Virus record (IMG/VR): IMGVR_UViG_3300025407_001359 | Source of the DNA: a virus | Length of the DNA: 64,000 nucleotides | Direction: 5' to 3' (one strand) | Part shown: positions 28,801 to 38,581 of the stretch, piece by piece | Position numbering within the stretch: the stretch's first letter is position 1 | How the letters are laid out: each line of letters starts with the position of its first letter | Notes under the pieces: generated by a model | Database searches by the model: none | Seen by the model: the letters and a program-made list of their open reading frames with translations, nothing else | Told to the model about the DNA's origin: nothing | Translations under genes and position numbers: made by a program

Positions 28801-28994
28801 CCTTGCGTGGACGTGTTCCTGTGCAAGTGGTTGGACCAGTACGCAAAGGCGACCTGTTGGTAACAGCCGGTGCCACGCCAGGTTACGCTGTCAGCGTGGG
28901 TCGTAGCACAGACTATCCGTTGGCAGTATTTGCCAAGGCATTGGAAACCAATCCGGCTGAAGGCGCAAAAACGATTGAAGCGGTAATTATATAA
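25887..28994 (+). CDS. Tail fibre/baseplate protein with a C-terminal chaperone-like domain
   Basis: N-terminal ANDGSGDTIRAAF (gp9/gp10-like); N/T/V/G-rich repeats; duplicated AGTYGS...VDAKGRITS; C-terminal ANYADLAEIY. Confidence 0.8.
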   Translation: MALWTGAIQKVNEGFAANDGSGDTIRAAFIKTDTSFAAINSFLSATTQDFLNANVSGLLQSNIGSFVNVNTINFVATTANIAHINGLLGLTVGGDVTVTGNVTATNTVSATTLTANTLQAATLGSNIGLNNYSIVGNGNVAITGTVGATNVVSTNATVNGTATVQNLTVQGNLVANAGLVVTSSIVPSGNLQYDLGSPTNFFRNVYSAGLVEVNTVVLNNNNNILRLHSNIPVGDVKDVGILGEFNKNSTNSFAYFGYQYSTDNFVYKITPTDATVGSGIVSDGVYGNAQFGSLFLSNNTAGGNTLVVNSGAAIAGNAYSANFVGNLVGNLTSGAATVGALTVNTVTAGNVTANYHLGNIVSSVANITNINANTVNATGNISSSYYLGNIVSSVATVANLTVGSVVGNLAVNGIISSTGDATVTGNVVAGNRLVGNITSTAANVSTLTVGSVSGNLSVTGNVTSGGFQVLTINNFSQYLPALNNATNVVGDSYFTGNMTVSGIAGFKTASNIYAGYGSGAPFGFYGNLYGLVTNPVQTGITTVGTLGNLSITGTTTTGTLNVNTLNVQTGATISGALSAGTTTVAGLSASSLTVSGNTTVNNLAVTGTISTGTTISASATSNSLTSGNITVTGNVTSNNASVTNTISTNNIAVTSNVTAGNVVATAIYSNGYRFANGAAFVSTTLANTAEITANIASGANAGFNLVASGVSAGTYGSSTTVPVIAVDAKGRITSATTASIAGSLTFTGDATGSGNVGGSTALTLAASGVTAGTYGSATSIPTIAVDAKGRITSVTTNTVSSTLNIAGTTGTGSVGLLTGTLTVTGATGVSVAASGSTLTVSPPQDLRATATPTFNGLVTTSHTSTSLTATNINIVTSIVPTVNNTVNIGGSGSNFATVYAQTFSGTATTANYADLAEIYAADAEYAPGTVVIFGGDKEITTTTQFADVAVAGAISTDPAYLMNNAAEGLPVALRGRVPVQVVGPVRKGDLLVTAGATPGYAVSVGRSTDYPLAVFAKALETNPAEGAKTIEAVII

Positions 28995-28995
28995 T

Positions 28996-31900
28996 ATGGC
29001 ACTAACTTGGGTAACACCACCGGGGTCTCTTGCTAATTTTTTAATTGGCTATCCATCTGAAATTCACGTGCTAGCCACTGATGCATTAAACCCAGGCACA
29101 TCATTGACTTATACCGTAATATCAGGTACATTGCCACCTGGTATGACAATGGATGCGACCGGATATATTTCTGGAACCCCTGAATACAGTACTGCATCAA
29201 ACAATTTGTTTACAAAACTGCCGTACGCATTTGTTGTTAGAGCCAGCGATGGTGCAGGCAATATACTTGATGGTGGTTTTACTATCATTATTTCCAACAC
29301 GTTCAACAATAATTTTTACTGGGTAACACCGGCAGGTTCGTTGGGTACCATTCCCAACGGAGAATTTTATTCATTGCCTTTGCAGGCCATTGACGTACAT
29401 AATCGCACAGTGACTTACAGTTTTATTTCAGGTGAATTACCTCCTGGAATGCAAGTGGTGGCCACAGGGTCATTACAGGGCGTTCCAACCTTGACCAGTG
29501 CTACACAAGTTAACGACAGTCAAAACTTTCGTTTTACCATACGTGCAACCAATGCCAATGGCAACATTAGCGATCAAGCATTTGATATCACTGTCACCAA
29601 TGTGTTTGGTCCAGTTATTGAGCCGGCCACTTCTTTCTTGGGCAGTTTCTTCGACGGCAGTTATTATAAACAACAGTTGTCGGTCAATGAATTAAACACC
29701 AATGTAAACATCAACTGGAGTCTGGTACAAGGCGAATTGCCAGTGGGTTTAACATTGGATTCCAACGGGTTGATCAGCGGCTACATACATCCTGTACAAA
29801 TAATTGGATCGTATGGGCCAGCAAATTATGACAGTTATGTGGTTGATCCAGCTAGCAATACCATCACACAACGAGCACTATACGACGGCGGACCTTACGA
29901 ATTCAATCAGGTCAATCAAAACTTAGCATACAATTTTACCATTCAAGCATTTGATGGTGCCAACTATGACATACAGTCATACACTATCAACATCATCAGT
30001 CGCGGCGGATTTACCGCTGACAGTACTGTTACTGTGGACAACGATCTTATCAGTATTGACTCTACCAACATTTATGCTCCAGTGTTGCTAAACACCAGTA
30101 AAAATTTACCTGTGGCTCGTCAAGACAGTTACTACGCATTTAAATTTGATGGTATTGATTTCCAAGACGACACCCTAACTTATAATATTGCCAATGTGAC
30201 AGGAACCTATGATTCATATGTGACTGGCATTGATGAAGGATTTGACTACGCACCATTTGACAGTTTTACTGGTGGTGCTGGTACATCAAACTTGCCTGGA
30301 GTTATATTGGATGCACAGTCTGGTTGGTTATATGGCAAGGTTAGCCCACAGAACACCAGTATACAAACATACACATTTGGTGTATATGTAAGCAAAGTAA
30401 GAAACACTGTGGTGTGGACCAGCCCCACTGTGTTTTTTAATTTTTCAGTCCTAGGCGACGTAAACAATGTGGTCAAATGGATTACGCCCAGTGACCTAGG
30501 AACCATCAACAACGGCGCAACCAGCGAATTGTATTTGGAAGCCAAGAGTGTGTTGAACAAGCCGTTGATGTATCGATTGTACGATGGCGCCGGTGTTTCT
30601 TGTCATTTGCCACAGGGTTTAAAATTGTTACCTTCGGGAGAAATCAGTGGACGAGTCAGCTTTGAATTGTTTACTGTGGACAATTACCAAACCACATTTG
30701 ACAAAAATTCAATGTCGTTTGATCGCAAGTACGAGTTTACAGTGATTGCCGAAACCGACGACGGTACTGCCGAATCTATACAACAATTCAGTCTCACTGT
30801 AAGCGAAGTAGACAAAAAGCCTTACGAGAATTTATATCTCAAAGCAATGCCAGCTTTGGATCAAAGAAAAATTTATACCAGTGTAATTTCAGATCCTGAA
30901 ATTTTTAATCCTGCGTTGATCTATAGACCAACTGATCCATACTATGGTGTTAAGACCGATATTGAAATGTTGTTTATGTCAGGATTGAATCCGTCATCGT
31001 TGAATCAATACGAAACAGCAATGATCAGAAACCATTATACCAAACGTTACAATTTTGGCGATATAAAAACTGCTGTGGTGTTGGACGACAATTTTAAAGT
31101 CAAATATGAGGTGGTTTATATAGACCTAATTGACCCTGAAGAAGATGCCAACGGAAATGGTCCACCATTGGAGATTGATCAAAATGGCCTGACCATTTAT
31201 CCAAATACCAGTGCTGATATGGTTCAGCGGATTGCCAGCGGCTTGGGTTACAATGATCAAAGCACACTACCAACTTGGATGACCAGCAATCAACCCGATC
31301 CTACAAACGCCAGCAAGTTTAAAACACCACTGGGATATACCAAAGCTGTGGTAATGGCCTACACCAAACCAGGTGCAAGTAGTTTGATAGCTTATAGATT
31401 ACGAAACACAGGAATCAATTTTAATCGAATAGAATTTGCTGTGAATCGCTATCAACTTGACAACTATTACAGCACATACTATGACATCAACAGTGGCAAC
31501 TATGTACGTATGCCTCAAACTACCTTTGACAATCAAGCAGTCAACAACATTGGTCAAATTATAGCAACGGTAGACTACGGAGTTACTGTACCTTTCAGTG
31601 AAATCAATGGAAGACCTGTGGATTATATCAATGCCAACGGCGGCATTGATGGATCAACCGCCTATCGCAATGGTGAACGATTGATTTTTGTCAAACAAGA
31701 GAATTTTAGACAAAACTTGCCGTATTCGGGTTGGGTAGACTATACTGGAGTTTATCTGGGCGATGATGTCACCACATCAGCCGTTGAAGGATACGATGAC
31801 ACTCCTTACGATCCTTATCACGTTGTACCAGGCTATTTAGAAAAGAATCAAAATATTGCCAGTGCCACTGTAATTGCTACACAGTCAAACGCTGCGGCCA

Positions 31901-32436
31901 ATAATCTCACTGTGGACAGCACCGAAGGATTAGTTGTAGGTACTGGTATTGTGTTCACCGGCGTTATGTTTGGCGGATTGGTCAACGGTACCACTTATTA
32001 CATTGCCAGTGTTGTAGATCATACTCACATTACCTTAAGCACGACCGGCGACTTGAAAAATATTGTTGCGTTTCCTAATGCTGCTGGACAAATGATTGGT
32101 AAAAATTATGTTAACCAACGCGGCGGTGTATGGCAAATCAACATCATTGACGGAATAGTAAATTTACAATTTGTACAGGAAATTGATGTAAATCAAAGAA
32201 TACGTATTACCAAAGGCAGTACATATTCTGGGTCAATTGTGTATTACAGTCTTGATTTGAGTCCAGGACAAAGTGCTCCATTTTACACCATATACAATGT
32301 TAAACCAACGTCTACATCTACCAGAACCACATTCAACGGAGATACTACCAGATTCTTCAACTATAGAGATCAGTATTACAAGCCTGGTTCCCAGGATAAA
32401 TATGTTGAATTCCCACAAATCGGAGTATTTAACTAA
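28996..32436 (+). CDS. Large baseplate/virion protein with Ig-like (He_PIG-type) repeats
   Basis: Repeated W.TP.GSLG, SG.LPPG, G.ISG.P and F.IRA modules. Confidence 0.8.
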   Translation: MALTWVTPPGSLANFLIGYPSEIHVLATDALNPGTSLTYTVISGTLPPGMTMDATGYISGTPEYSTASNNLFTKLPYAFVVRASDGAGNILDGGFTIIISNTFNNNFYWVTPAGSLGTIPNGEFYSLPLQAIDVHNRTVTYSFISGELPPGMQVVATGSLQGVPTLTSATQVNDSQNFRFTIRATNANGNISDQAFDITVTNVFGPVIEPATSFLGSFFDGSYYKQQLSVNELNTNVNINWSLVQGELPVGLTLDSNGLISGYIHPVQIIGSYGPANYDSYVVDPASNTITQRALYDGGPYEFNQVNQNLAYNFTIQAFDGANYDIQSYTINIISRGGFTADSTVTVDNDLISIDSTNIYAPVLLNTSKNLPVARQDSYYAFKFDGIDFQDDTLTYNIANVTGTYDSYVTGIDEGFDYAPFDSFTGGAGTSNLPGVILDAQSGWLYGKVSPQNTSIQTYTFGVYVSKVRNTVVWTSPTVFFNFSVLGDVNNVVKWITPSDLGTINNGATSELYLEAKSVLNKPLMYRLYDGAGVSCHLPQGLKLLPSGEISGRVSFELFTVDNYQTTFDKNSMSFDRKYEFTVIAETDDGTAESIQQFSLTVSEVDKKPYENLYLKAMPALDQRKIYTSVISDPEIFNPALIYRPTDPYYGVKTDIEMLFMSGLNPSSLNQYETAMIRNHYTKRYNFGDIKTAVVLDDNFKVKYEVVYIDLIDPEEDANGNGPPLEIDQNGLTIYPNTSADMVQRIASGLGYNDQSTLPTWMTSNQPDPTNASKFKTPLGYTKAVVMAYTKPGASSLIAYRLRNTGINFNRIEFAVNRYQLDNYYSTYYDINSGNYVRMPQTTFDNQAVNNIGQIIATVDYGVTVPFSEINGRPVDYINANGGIDGSTAYRNGERLIFVKQENFRQNLPYSGWVDYTGVYLGDDVTTSAVEGYDDTPYDPYHVVPGYLEKNQNIASATVIATQSNAAANNLTVDSTEGLVVGTGIVFTGVMFGGLVNGTTYYIASVVDHTHITLSTTGDLKNIVAFPNAAGQMIGKNYVNQRGGVWQINIIDGIVNLQFVQEIDVNQRIRITKGSTYSGSIVYYSLDLSPGQSAPFYTIYNVKPTSTSTRTTFNGDTTRFFNYRDQYYKPGSQDKYVEFPQIGVFN

Positions 32437-32744
32437 TGGCATCACAGATTAATCCAACCAACATAGACATTACCTACCCAATTGCAGGGCAGGACAATGA
32501 CACACAAGGATTTCGTACTAATTTTACGAATATTAAAAATAATTTTGCTACCGCTGCTTCTGAGATTAGCCAACTACAGGCCAATTCTTCTGTTTCGGTC
32601 ACTACTACACATATTCCATCCAGCAACAGCGCCGTTGGTGTACCGGGTACAATAGCATACAGCACATCGTATTTGTATGTTTGTATAGCCACAGATACTT
32701 GGTTACGTGCTAACCTGGCAACTTGGAGTGGGCCCGGCGTCTAA
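32436..32744 (+). CDS. Small virion protein, short paralog of the next gene
   Basis: Shares the N-terminal AGQDNxxQGFRxNFTNIKNNF and the C-terminal YxCxxTxxWLRANL. Confidence 0.75.
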   Translation: MASQINPTNIDITYPIAGQDNDTQGFRTNFTNIKNNFATAASEISQLQANSSVSVTTTHIPSSNSAVGVPGTIAYSTSYLYVCIATDTWLRANLATWSGPGV

Positions 32745-32761
32745 CACATAGGATAATCTAA

Positions 32762-33556
32762 ATGTCATCAAATATCAATCCATACAACATTGACGGTACT
32801 TTTCCAGTAGCAGGACAGGACAACTCCAGTCAAGGTTTTCGTGACAACTTTACCAACATCAAAAATAACTTTGCCTTTGCACAGAGCGAAATTAACGATT
32901 TACAGTCTAAGGCTATTTTAACTTCTGCACTGAGTGGACAAACCATCAGCAACGATATGGCTGGTACACAAATTGTGCGCCCACAACTACGTGCTTGGAC
33001 CGAAGCCTATTTGGATTTGGGTTTAATCAGCACCGGTGTTGCATCGTTGGATTTTACACAGGCTTCGGTATACAAATTTGAAACTGGTGGTCCAGTGGTC
33101 ATTTCTTTTCCAACTGGTACTTGGCCTGCGGTAACCGGTCAAGGTGCCTTGGGTTATGGATCTTTGCGACTATGGGTTACAGTAACTGACACAGCTCACA
33201 CTATCACATTGCCGGCCAGCGTTACCATTGGTGCCAACGATCTTGTTGGGTACAATGCCGCAACACACACTATCAGTTTTTCTGCAACCGGCACTTATGT
33301 TTACGATTTCAGCAGTACCGACAATGCCACCAATTTCCTAATTGATGATCCTGTTCGCGGACGTCGTGCTGTACGTGACAATTTAACTATAAGTGGTAAT
33401 TTGACAGTGGGCAGAAATACTGTGATATCTAACAGTTACATACCAACCAGTTCAAATAGTGCTGGCACCACAGGACAAATCAGTTACGACAGTAGCCACG
33501 TTTATATTTGCGTTGGTACAAACAACTGGTTACGAGCCAATCTCACTGCATTCTAA
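32762..33556 (+). CDS. Virion structural protein
   Basis: Same N- and C-terminal modules as the previous gene, with an extra central region of about 160 aa. Confidence 0.75.
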   Translation: MSSNINPYNIDGTFPVAGQDNSSQGFRDNFTNIKNNFAFAQSEINDLQSKAILTSALSGQTISNDMAGTQIVRPQLRAWTEAYLDLGLISTGVASLDFTQASVYKFETGGPVVISFPTGTWPAVTGQGALGYGSLRLWVTVTDTAHTITLPASVTIGANDLVGYNAATHTISFSATGTYVYDFSSTDNATNFLIDDPVRGRRAVRDNLTISGNLTVGRNTVISNSYIPTSSNSAGTTGQISYDSSHVYICVGTNNWLRANLTAF

Positions 33557-33610
33557 AAATCATTTGACTTTGTCCAAAAGTTCACGTATACTTGAACAAA
33601 GGAAACTGTT

Positions 33611-33850
33611 ATGAGTCATCCACTTGCTCCAGATTTAAGTAAATTAACTATTGATGAGTTAAACGCCAAATATGGCGACTTGCTCAAACGTGTGACCTAC
33701 GCTTATAGGATCGGTAACCCAGATATGGTACAACAGCTGCAAATGCTGATGGAAGACTATCGTATGGAACTGGATAATCGCAATCGTAAAGCCCTGGAAG
33801 AAATGGAAAAAAATTCCAAAAACTTTAAAAACATTATTGATATTCAATGA
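33611..33850 (+). CDS. Coiled-coil hypothetical protein
   Basis: Promoter TTGACT-17-TATACT at 33564-33592; AAGGA SD. Confidence 0.75.
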   Translation: MSHPLAPDLSKLTIDELNAKYGDLLKRVTYAYRIGNPDMVQQLQMLMEDYRMELDNRNRKALEEMEKNSKNFKNIIDIQ

Positions 33851-34374
33851 AGTATGACAAGTATGGTCAGGCATATACCACAGAGTTGGAACTGTCGGAT
33901 ATGCTTTACCTAGATCCTGAACTAGACTTATCTAGATTCCAAGTTGCCGACCAACCAGGAATGTATAACGAATCGGTGCATAAAACCTACGCTGATTTTC
34001 CGTTGGTAAAGCCCTATGTGCCAATAGATGCTCGAGAGGATGTTCCAGTAGAACTGTTTGATTGGAGTCAGCAACAACGCTGGCGTATGCCAGAAGAATA
34101 CCATACTATGGACATAGCACAGTGGGTCCTAGATCAATGTCAGACAGAGCCAGAACTGCAACGTGTGGGCCAAGAATTATTGCTGTATCAAGAACGTGAG
34201 CTGTTTGGACTACTGCGTTACCTCAAGTATTTTGTAGACACTATGCGAGCCAATGGTGTGCTATGGGGTCTGGGTCGTGGATCCAGTACAGCCAGTTATG
34301 TGTTGTACCTGATTGGAGTTCACCGGATCAACAGCCTGTATTATGATCTTCCGATTGAAGAATTTTTGAAGTAA
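33847..34374 (+). CDS. Stand-alone fragment of DNA polymerase III alpha (DnaE)
   Basis: LWGLGRGSSTASYVLYLIGVHRINSLYYDLPIEEFL matches the DnaE GPGRGS...FERFL segment. Confidence 0.85.
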   Translation: MKYDKYGQAYTTELELSDMLYLDPELDLSRFQVADQPGMYNESVHKTYADFPLVKPYVPIDAREDVPVELFDWSQQQRWRMPEEYHTMDIAQWVLDQCQTEPELQRVGQELLLYQERELFGLLRYLKYFVDTMRANGVLWGLGRGSSTASYVLYLIGVHRINSLYYDLPIEEFLK

Positions 34375-34414
34375 ACTACCCACATTATAAATACCTACAA
34401 CAAGGAGACATCTA

Positions 34415-34888
34415 ATGTCAAGAGTATACAAATCAGCCCGTGGTAAAATGATAGATATGGATGCTGTAAAACTATCCAACGAACAATCTATTGCTGTTGG
34501 CAATATGAAAGTGAATGCTCGCGGTGACAAACTAGGCCCCGGCGGTCGTGTTGCAACTGGACGCAATCAAATCATGGACCAGGTCTACTCGGTAAATACT
34601 AGCAGTAGCAATACCGGATACAGTCCCAATGATCCAGAAGTTTACGCAGAAAGACAAGCACAAATGGACCAAACCAAAGCAAAAAAATTGCACGACTTAG
34701 CCAATAATTTGGTTGAAACTGTGCCAGAAGAACAGGCAGTACCAAATGCCGCAGCCCAGGCCAATCCAGCAGTCGACGGAACAGCATCAACTCGCGGCAG
34801 CTTGGCCAGTAGTGTTGCAAAAACCACAGTGGTTACACAAAAGCCAATGGAAGATCCACGTAAACCAAAAGGTCCCACAAGAATTTAA
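34415..34888 (+). CDS. Hypothetical late protein
   Basis: TATAAATA at 34386-34393; AAGGAG SD. Confidence 0.8.
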   Translation: MSRVYKSARGKMIDMDAVKLSNEQSIAVGNMKVNARGDKLGPGGRVATGRNQIMDQVYSVNTSSSNTGYSPNDPEVYAERQAQMDQTKAKKLHDLANNLVETVPEEQAVPNAAAQANPAVDGTASTRGSLASSVAKTTVVTQKPMEDPRKPKGPTRI

Positions 34889-34890
34889 TT

Positions 34891-35265
34891 ATGTTTAAAC
34901 CGATCCAAGTAGACAGCCTACGAGCACTGAATGATCACGTGTTGGTAGCTGATATGAATTTCAAAGAACGTAAACTAAGCAGTGGTATTTACTTGCTCAA
35001 CGACGATGGCCGCGGTGCTGGTATTCGACCACGGTGGGCCAAAGTGTATGCTACCGGTCCTGAACAACAGGACATCACAGTTGGGCAATGGATTTTAGTT
35101 GCTCACGGACGTTGGACCAGGGGCATCACCATTGAAGATCCCACCGGCGAAGTAACAATCCGTCGAGTTGACCCAAACGACATCTTATTGGTATCCGACA
35201 CCGACCCAGGTGGCGACGATACTGTGTCTGACGCTACTCAAATCGACAGCAAAACTCGCTGGTAA
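34891..35265 (+). CDS. groES: GroES-like co-chaperonin
   Basis: LRALNDHVLV, SSGIYL, VYATGP, VGQWIL. Confidence 0.85.
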   Translation: MFKPIQVDSLRALNDHVLVADMNFKERKLSSGIYLLNDDGRGAGIRPRWAKVYATGPEQQDITVGQWILVAHGRWTRGITIEDPTGEVTIRRVDPNDILLVSDTDPGGDDTVSDATQIDSKTRW

Positions 35266-35487
35266 ATGGGATTCCAAAAACCCAATCTGCACCCTGCCAA
35301 ATTTGCCATAATGAAAAGTTTGGCAGAAATTTCTAGTTCCTACAACGACGGTTTCACCGCTTTCACTTGCAAACAAGATCTTTATATGTTAAAATGTTGG
35401 TTAGAAGATGAATATAATCGTTTGCCAACATTTGCCGGGGAAGAACAATGGGAACAGGATCGAGTCGTACAAATACTCAAGCAGTAG
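35266..35487 (+). CDS. Hypothetical protein
   Basis: Starts directly after the groES stop codon. Confidence 0.65.
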   Translation: MGFQKPNLHPAKFAIMKSLAEISSSYNDGFTAFTCKQDLYMLKCWLEDEYNRLPTFAGEEQWEQDRVVQILKQ

Positions 35488-35663
35488 CCAGAATCAAACA
35501 ACCACCAAAATGCAGCATTTGCCGACAGATTATTACAGATACCTGTACCTGGCGCCAAGGGCGTTGCCCACACGTACCAAGTATGATTGATCAAATTTTG
35601 GCCAATCCATACAAATCACGTTTTTACAACTTAATCAAATTTTTTAAAAGGAAATCAAAATGA
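35448..35663 (+). CDS. Small Cys-rich (zinc-finger-like) protein; start uncertain
   Basis: CSIC...CTWRQGRCPH. Confidence 0.5.
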   Translation: MGTGSSRTNTQAVARIKQPPKCSICRQIITDTCTWRQGRCPHVPSMIDQILANPYKSRFYNLIKFFKRKSK

Positions 35664-35836
35664 AAAATATCAACGATCTTAAACACGACCACCACTTTCA
35701 GGTCAGCGCAGTAAAAAGCGCATTCCGTTTAATTGCCTGCGGTGCTGTAATCCTAGCCGGAGTAGATGCACTAGGTGTGGCAGCGTTTTTGTTTGCTTTT
35801 GCTGAATTATTGGGCGTAGGCGAAGAGCTAGTATGA
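35660..35836 (+). CDS. Small membrane protein; not in the ORF track
   Basis: AAGGA SD; 58 aa; hydrophobic. Confidence 0.6.
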   Translation: MKNINDLKHDHHFQVSAVKSAFRLIACGAVILAGVDALGVAAFLFAFAELLGVGEELV

Positions 35837-36024
35837 GAAATCTCAAACTAGTTGATGCAGTTATCCAACTACACGATATTGCTCGACTGGTACTAGAAGA
35901 AGCCGAGGATCGGGTACTACACGATGCACTGAGAAAATGTGCAGATCGGTTACACAAGCACTCGATTGCCGACGACAAAGCCAATACAATAGCACAAGAA
36001 CTTATTAAACAGGTAAAAGAATGA
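35833..36024 (+). CDS. Hypothetical protein
   Basis: ATGA overlaps on both sides. Confidence 0.6.
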   Translation: MRNLKLVDAVIQLHDIARLVLEEAEDRVLHDALRKCADRLHKHSIADDKANTIAQELIKQVKE

Positions 36025-36947
36025 AAGAACTCTGGACAGAAAAATATCGCCCCAAGACTGTGGGTGATTATGTATTCACTGATGCCAATCAACGTGAACA
36101 GGTAGATGCTTGGATTCGCGATGGTGCTATTCCGCATATCTTGTTGAGCGGATCGCCTGGCACGGGCAAAACTACACTGGCAAAGGTCCTGATCAATGAA
36201 CTGGGAATCGAAGAATACGACACCTTACACATCAACGCTTCAAGAGATAACGGAGTCGACTTTATTAAAACCCGAGTGGAAGGCTTTGTTAGTACAATGC
36301 CATTTGGTGCGTTCAAAGTGGTCCTTCTTGACGAAGCCGACTACCTAACACACAATGCTCAGGCTATTATGCGTGGACTTATGGAAACGTATCAAGAGTC
36401 GGCACGTTTTATCTTGACCTGTAATATGCCACACAAGATTATTCCAGCACTACACAGTCGTTGTCAAGGGTTCCACATTGACAAATCGGATGTGACAGAG
36501 TTTACAGCACGTGCGGCCACAGTATTGGTCACTGAAGACGTGACATTTGAATTAGATACACTTGACAGCTATGTCAAAGCCACATACCCAGACTTACGCA
36601 AGTGTTTGAACCTGTTGCAGGCCAATAGTACTACGGGTACACTATCTACTCCCGGCGAAAACGATCGCGGAGTCAAAGACTGGAAACTGGATGCTGTTAC
36701 ACTATTCAAAGCTGGCAAGATTTTAGATGCACGTAAGGTAATCTGCGCTCAGGCCGGCAGTGAAGAAATGGATGAACTGTTTCGCTGGATGTATGACAAT
36801 TTAGAACTATGGAGTCGTGACCCAGCCGGTCAAGACGAAGCAATCTTGGTTATCCGTAAAGGATTGGTCAACCACCCAATGTGTGCTGACCCCGAAATCA
36901 ACTTGTCGGCCACTCTCATTGAATTGACACAAATAGGAAACGAATGA
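36021..36947 (+). CDS. Clamp-loader AAA+ subunit (T4 gp44/RFC-small type)
   Basis: WTEKYRP, GSPGTGKT, INAS, DEAD, SRC. Confidence 0.95.
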   Translation: MKELWTEKYRPKTVGDYVFTDANQREQVDAWIRDGAIPHILLSGSPGTGKTTLAKVLINELGIEEYDTLHINASRDNGVDFIKTRVEGFVSTMPFGAFKVVLLDEADYLTHNAQAIMRGLMETYQESARFILTCNMPHKIIPALHSRCQGFHIDKSDVTEFTARAATVLVTEDVTFELDTLDSYVKATYPDLRKCLNLLQANSTTGTLSTPGENDRGVKDWKLDAVTLFKAGKILDARKVICAQAGSEEMDELFRWMYDNLELWSRDPAGQDEAILVIRKGLVNHPMCADPEINLSATLIELTQIGNE

Positions 36948-37321
36948 AAATCAAAGACATACACTTAATTGCATTTTATGTGCAAAAGCCACGCCCGGGT
37001 GTGCAGACACAAATTGCCGGTTGGACAAAAGATCCCAACAATTTCCAATACGATGAACGTGTAGAATTTACCAAAGGTTTGTCTGGCAAGGATCGTCAGT
37101 ATGCCGGTGTTATTCTAAACCTCAACACCAAGACTGTGGTCTACAACAAGTTCGGCAAGGAAAAAACATTTGATGATCTGTTTAAATATTTCCTAGAAGC
37201 CTACACACAACAAGTTGGTACTGTTATGGCACAACTTGATGTGGATTATCTAAAACAGTTTATTCCCGAAGATGAACCCGCAGTAGAGGAAGCTCCAGTT
37301 GAAGAAACTAAAGCTGAGTGA
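36944..37321 (+). CDS. Hypothetical protein
   Basis: ATGA overlap; 125 aa. Confidence 0.7.
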   Translation: MKIKDIHLIAFYVQKPRPGVQTQIAGWTKDPNNFQYDERVEFTKGLSGKDRQYAGVILNLNTKTVVYNKFGKEKTFDDLFKYFLEAYTQQVGTVMAQLDVDYLKQFIPEDEPAVEEAPVEETKAE

Positions 37322-37622
37322 AACCGGTGACCGCGGTTGGTTTATTGGCGACTTTCCCAAGTCTGTATTGACAACAGATTTGTTTGAAGTTTGCTTTCAG
37401 ACCAACGCTGCTGGCACCAGTTATCCACGTCACTACCATCGAGAAATTACCGAAGTACAGTTGATCACTCGAGGCTGTATGGTGCTCAACGGCGAAGAAT
37501 ATCGTGCTGGTGACATCTGTGTTATCGAACCCGGTGATATCAATGAAGCCTATTACACCGAAGATACCGATACTGTTGCCGTCAAAGCGCCCAGTCGACC
37601 GCAGGATAAATATCTAGTATGA
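37299..37622 (+). CDS. Cupin-domain protein
   Basis: GWFIGDF, HYHREITE, GDICVIEPG. Confidence 0.75.
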   Translation: MKKLKLSETGDRGWFIGDFPKSVLTTDLFEVCFQTNAAGTSYPRHYHREITEVQLITRGCMVLNGEEYRAGDICVIEPGDINEAYYTEDTDTVAVKAPSRPQDKYLV

Positions 37623-37864
37623 GTATGTTTGATATGTATCGCACCAAAAAGAAACCCAAGGTCGTGGACCCAAATGCACCACCACGTCCCAACTTGCTGA
37701 ATCACGAAAAACGACTCAAAGAAGCCACTGGCACACTGGAGCAAGTACAGCAAGAAAATCACGAATTGCGCCGCAGAATCGACTCGTTAGAAGGCAAAAT
37801 GATCACACAAAACGCCTATCTAAGCCAATTACACCAGTATATATCAAGGCTCAAACGCGGTTGA
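37619..37864 (+). CDS. Coiled-coil hypothetical protein
   Basis: GATAAATA at 37605-37612. Confidence 0.7.
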   Translation: MSMFDMYRTKKKPKVVDPNAPPRPNLLNHEKRLKEATGTLEQVQQENHELRRRIDSLEGKMITQNAYLSQLHQYISRLKRG

Positions 37865-37894
37865 CCGATAAATTCCGAAATGCTATAATACAGT

Positions 37895-38581
37895 ATGAAA
37901 TCGGATAACAGTCAACCAAAAATGAAAAAACAAAATCGTTACCCCACAACCCAGGCATTAATGGCCGCTGTGGCCGCCTACGAATTCAACAATCGCACCG
38001 TTGTACGTGAAACTGTCACGGTTGATGGAGTAGAAACTCGTTCCAATCGTCAACTTATTTTGGACAGCCTAAACGGCACATTTGTCCACAATGAGTTTTA
38101 TCAAAAGCAAGCAGAATCAATTATCACGTATCTGCAACAAACAGGCCTGATGCAAACACTTGCAAATGGCAAAACAGATCCGTTCATTGGCAATATCATT
38201 GGCCTGTTGACAGAACAAGAAATCAATTATCGTGACCTGGGCCTGTTGGCCTGGGCACCCAAAGTGGCCGATGACTATCAACGCAAAGACGCAGTACGTG
38301 AAATCAGTGCTCGTTATGAAAGCGGTAGTCGCTATATTGGCAAGATAGGCGATAAAATTTTAACCCAATTTACCTTGATTGAAAGTCGTTTCGTACACAC
38401 GCTCGAGTGCTATGCGGTATACGGACACGACGAATACAATAACCTGATATTTTATTGGGCCAAGGATCAAAAGAAAGTGGTCACCAGCGGTCGTATACAA
38501 GGTCGTGTCAAAGCACAGCAACTGGACCACCGCCACGGTGATGCACGTGTTACCACATTAAATTATGTAAAGGCAGTATGA
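37895..38581 (+). CDS. Hypothetical protein with an OB-like C-terminus
   Basis: Promoter TTGACC-17-TATAAT at 37861-37889. Confidence 0.75.
   Translation: MKSDNSQPKMKKQNRYPTTQALMAAVAAYEFNNRTVVRETVTVDGVETRSNRQLILDSLNGTFVHNEFYQKQAESIITYLQQTGLMQTLANGKTDPFIGNIIGLLTEQEINYRDLGLLAWAPKVADDYQRKDAVREISARYESGSRYIGKIGDKILTQFTLIESRFVHTLECYAVYGHDEYNNLIFYWAKDQKKVVTSGRIQGRVKAQQLDHRHGDARVTTLNYVKAV

Noticed and set aside
35703-36137. 144-aa minus-strand ORF
   Set aside because: It is antisense to three coupled + strand genes, including the clamp loader, and shows no recognisable features.
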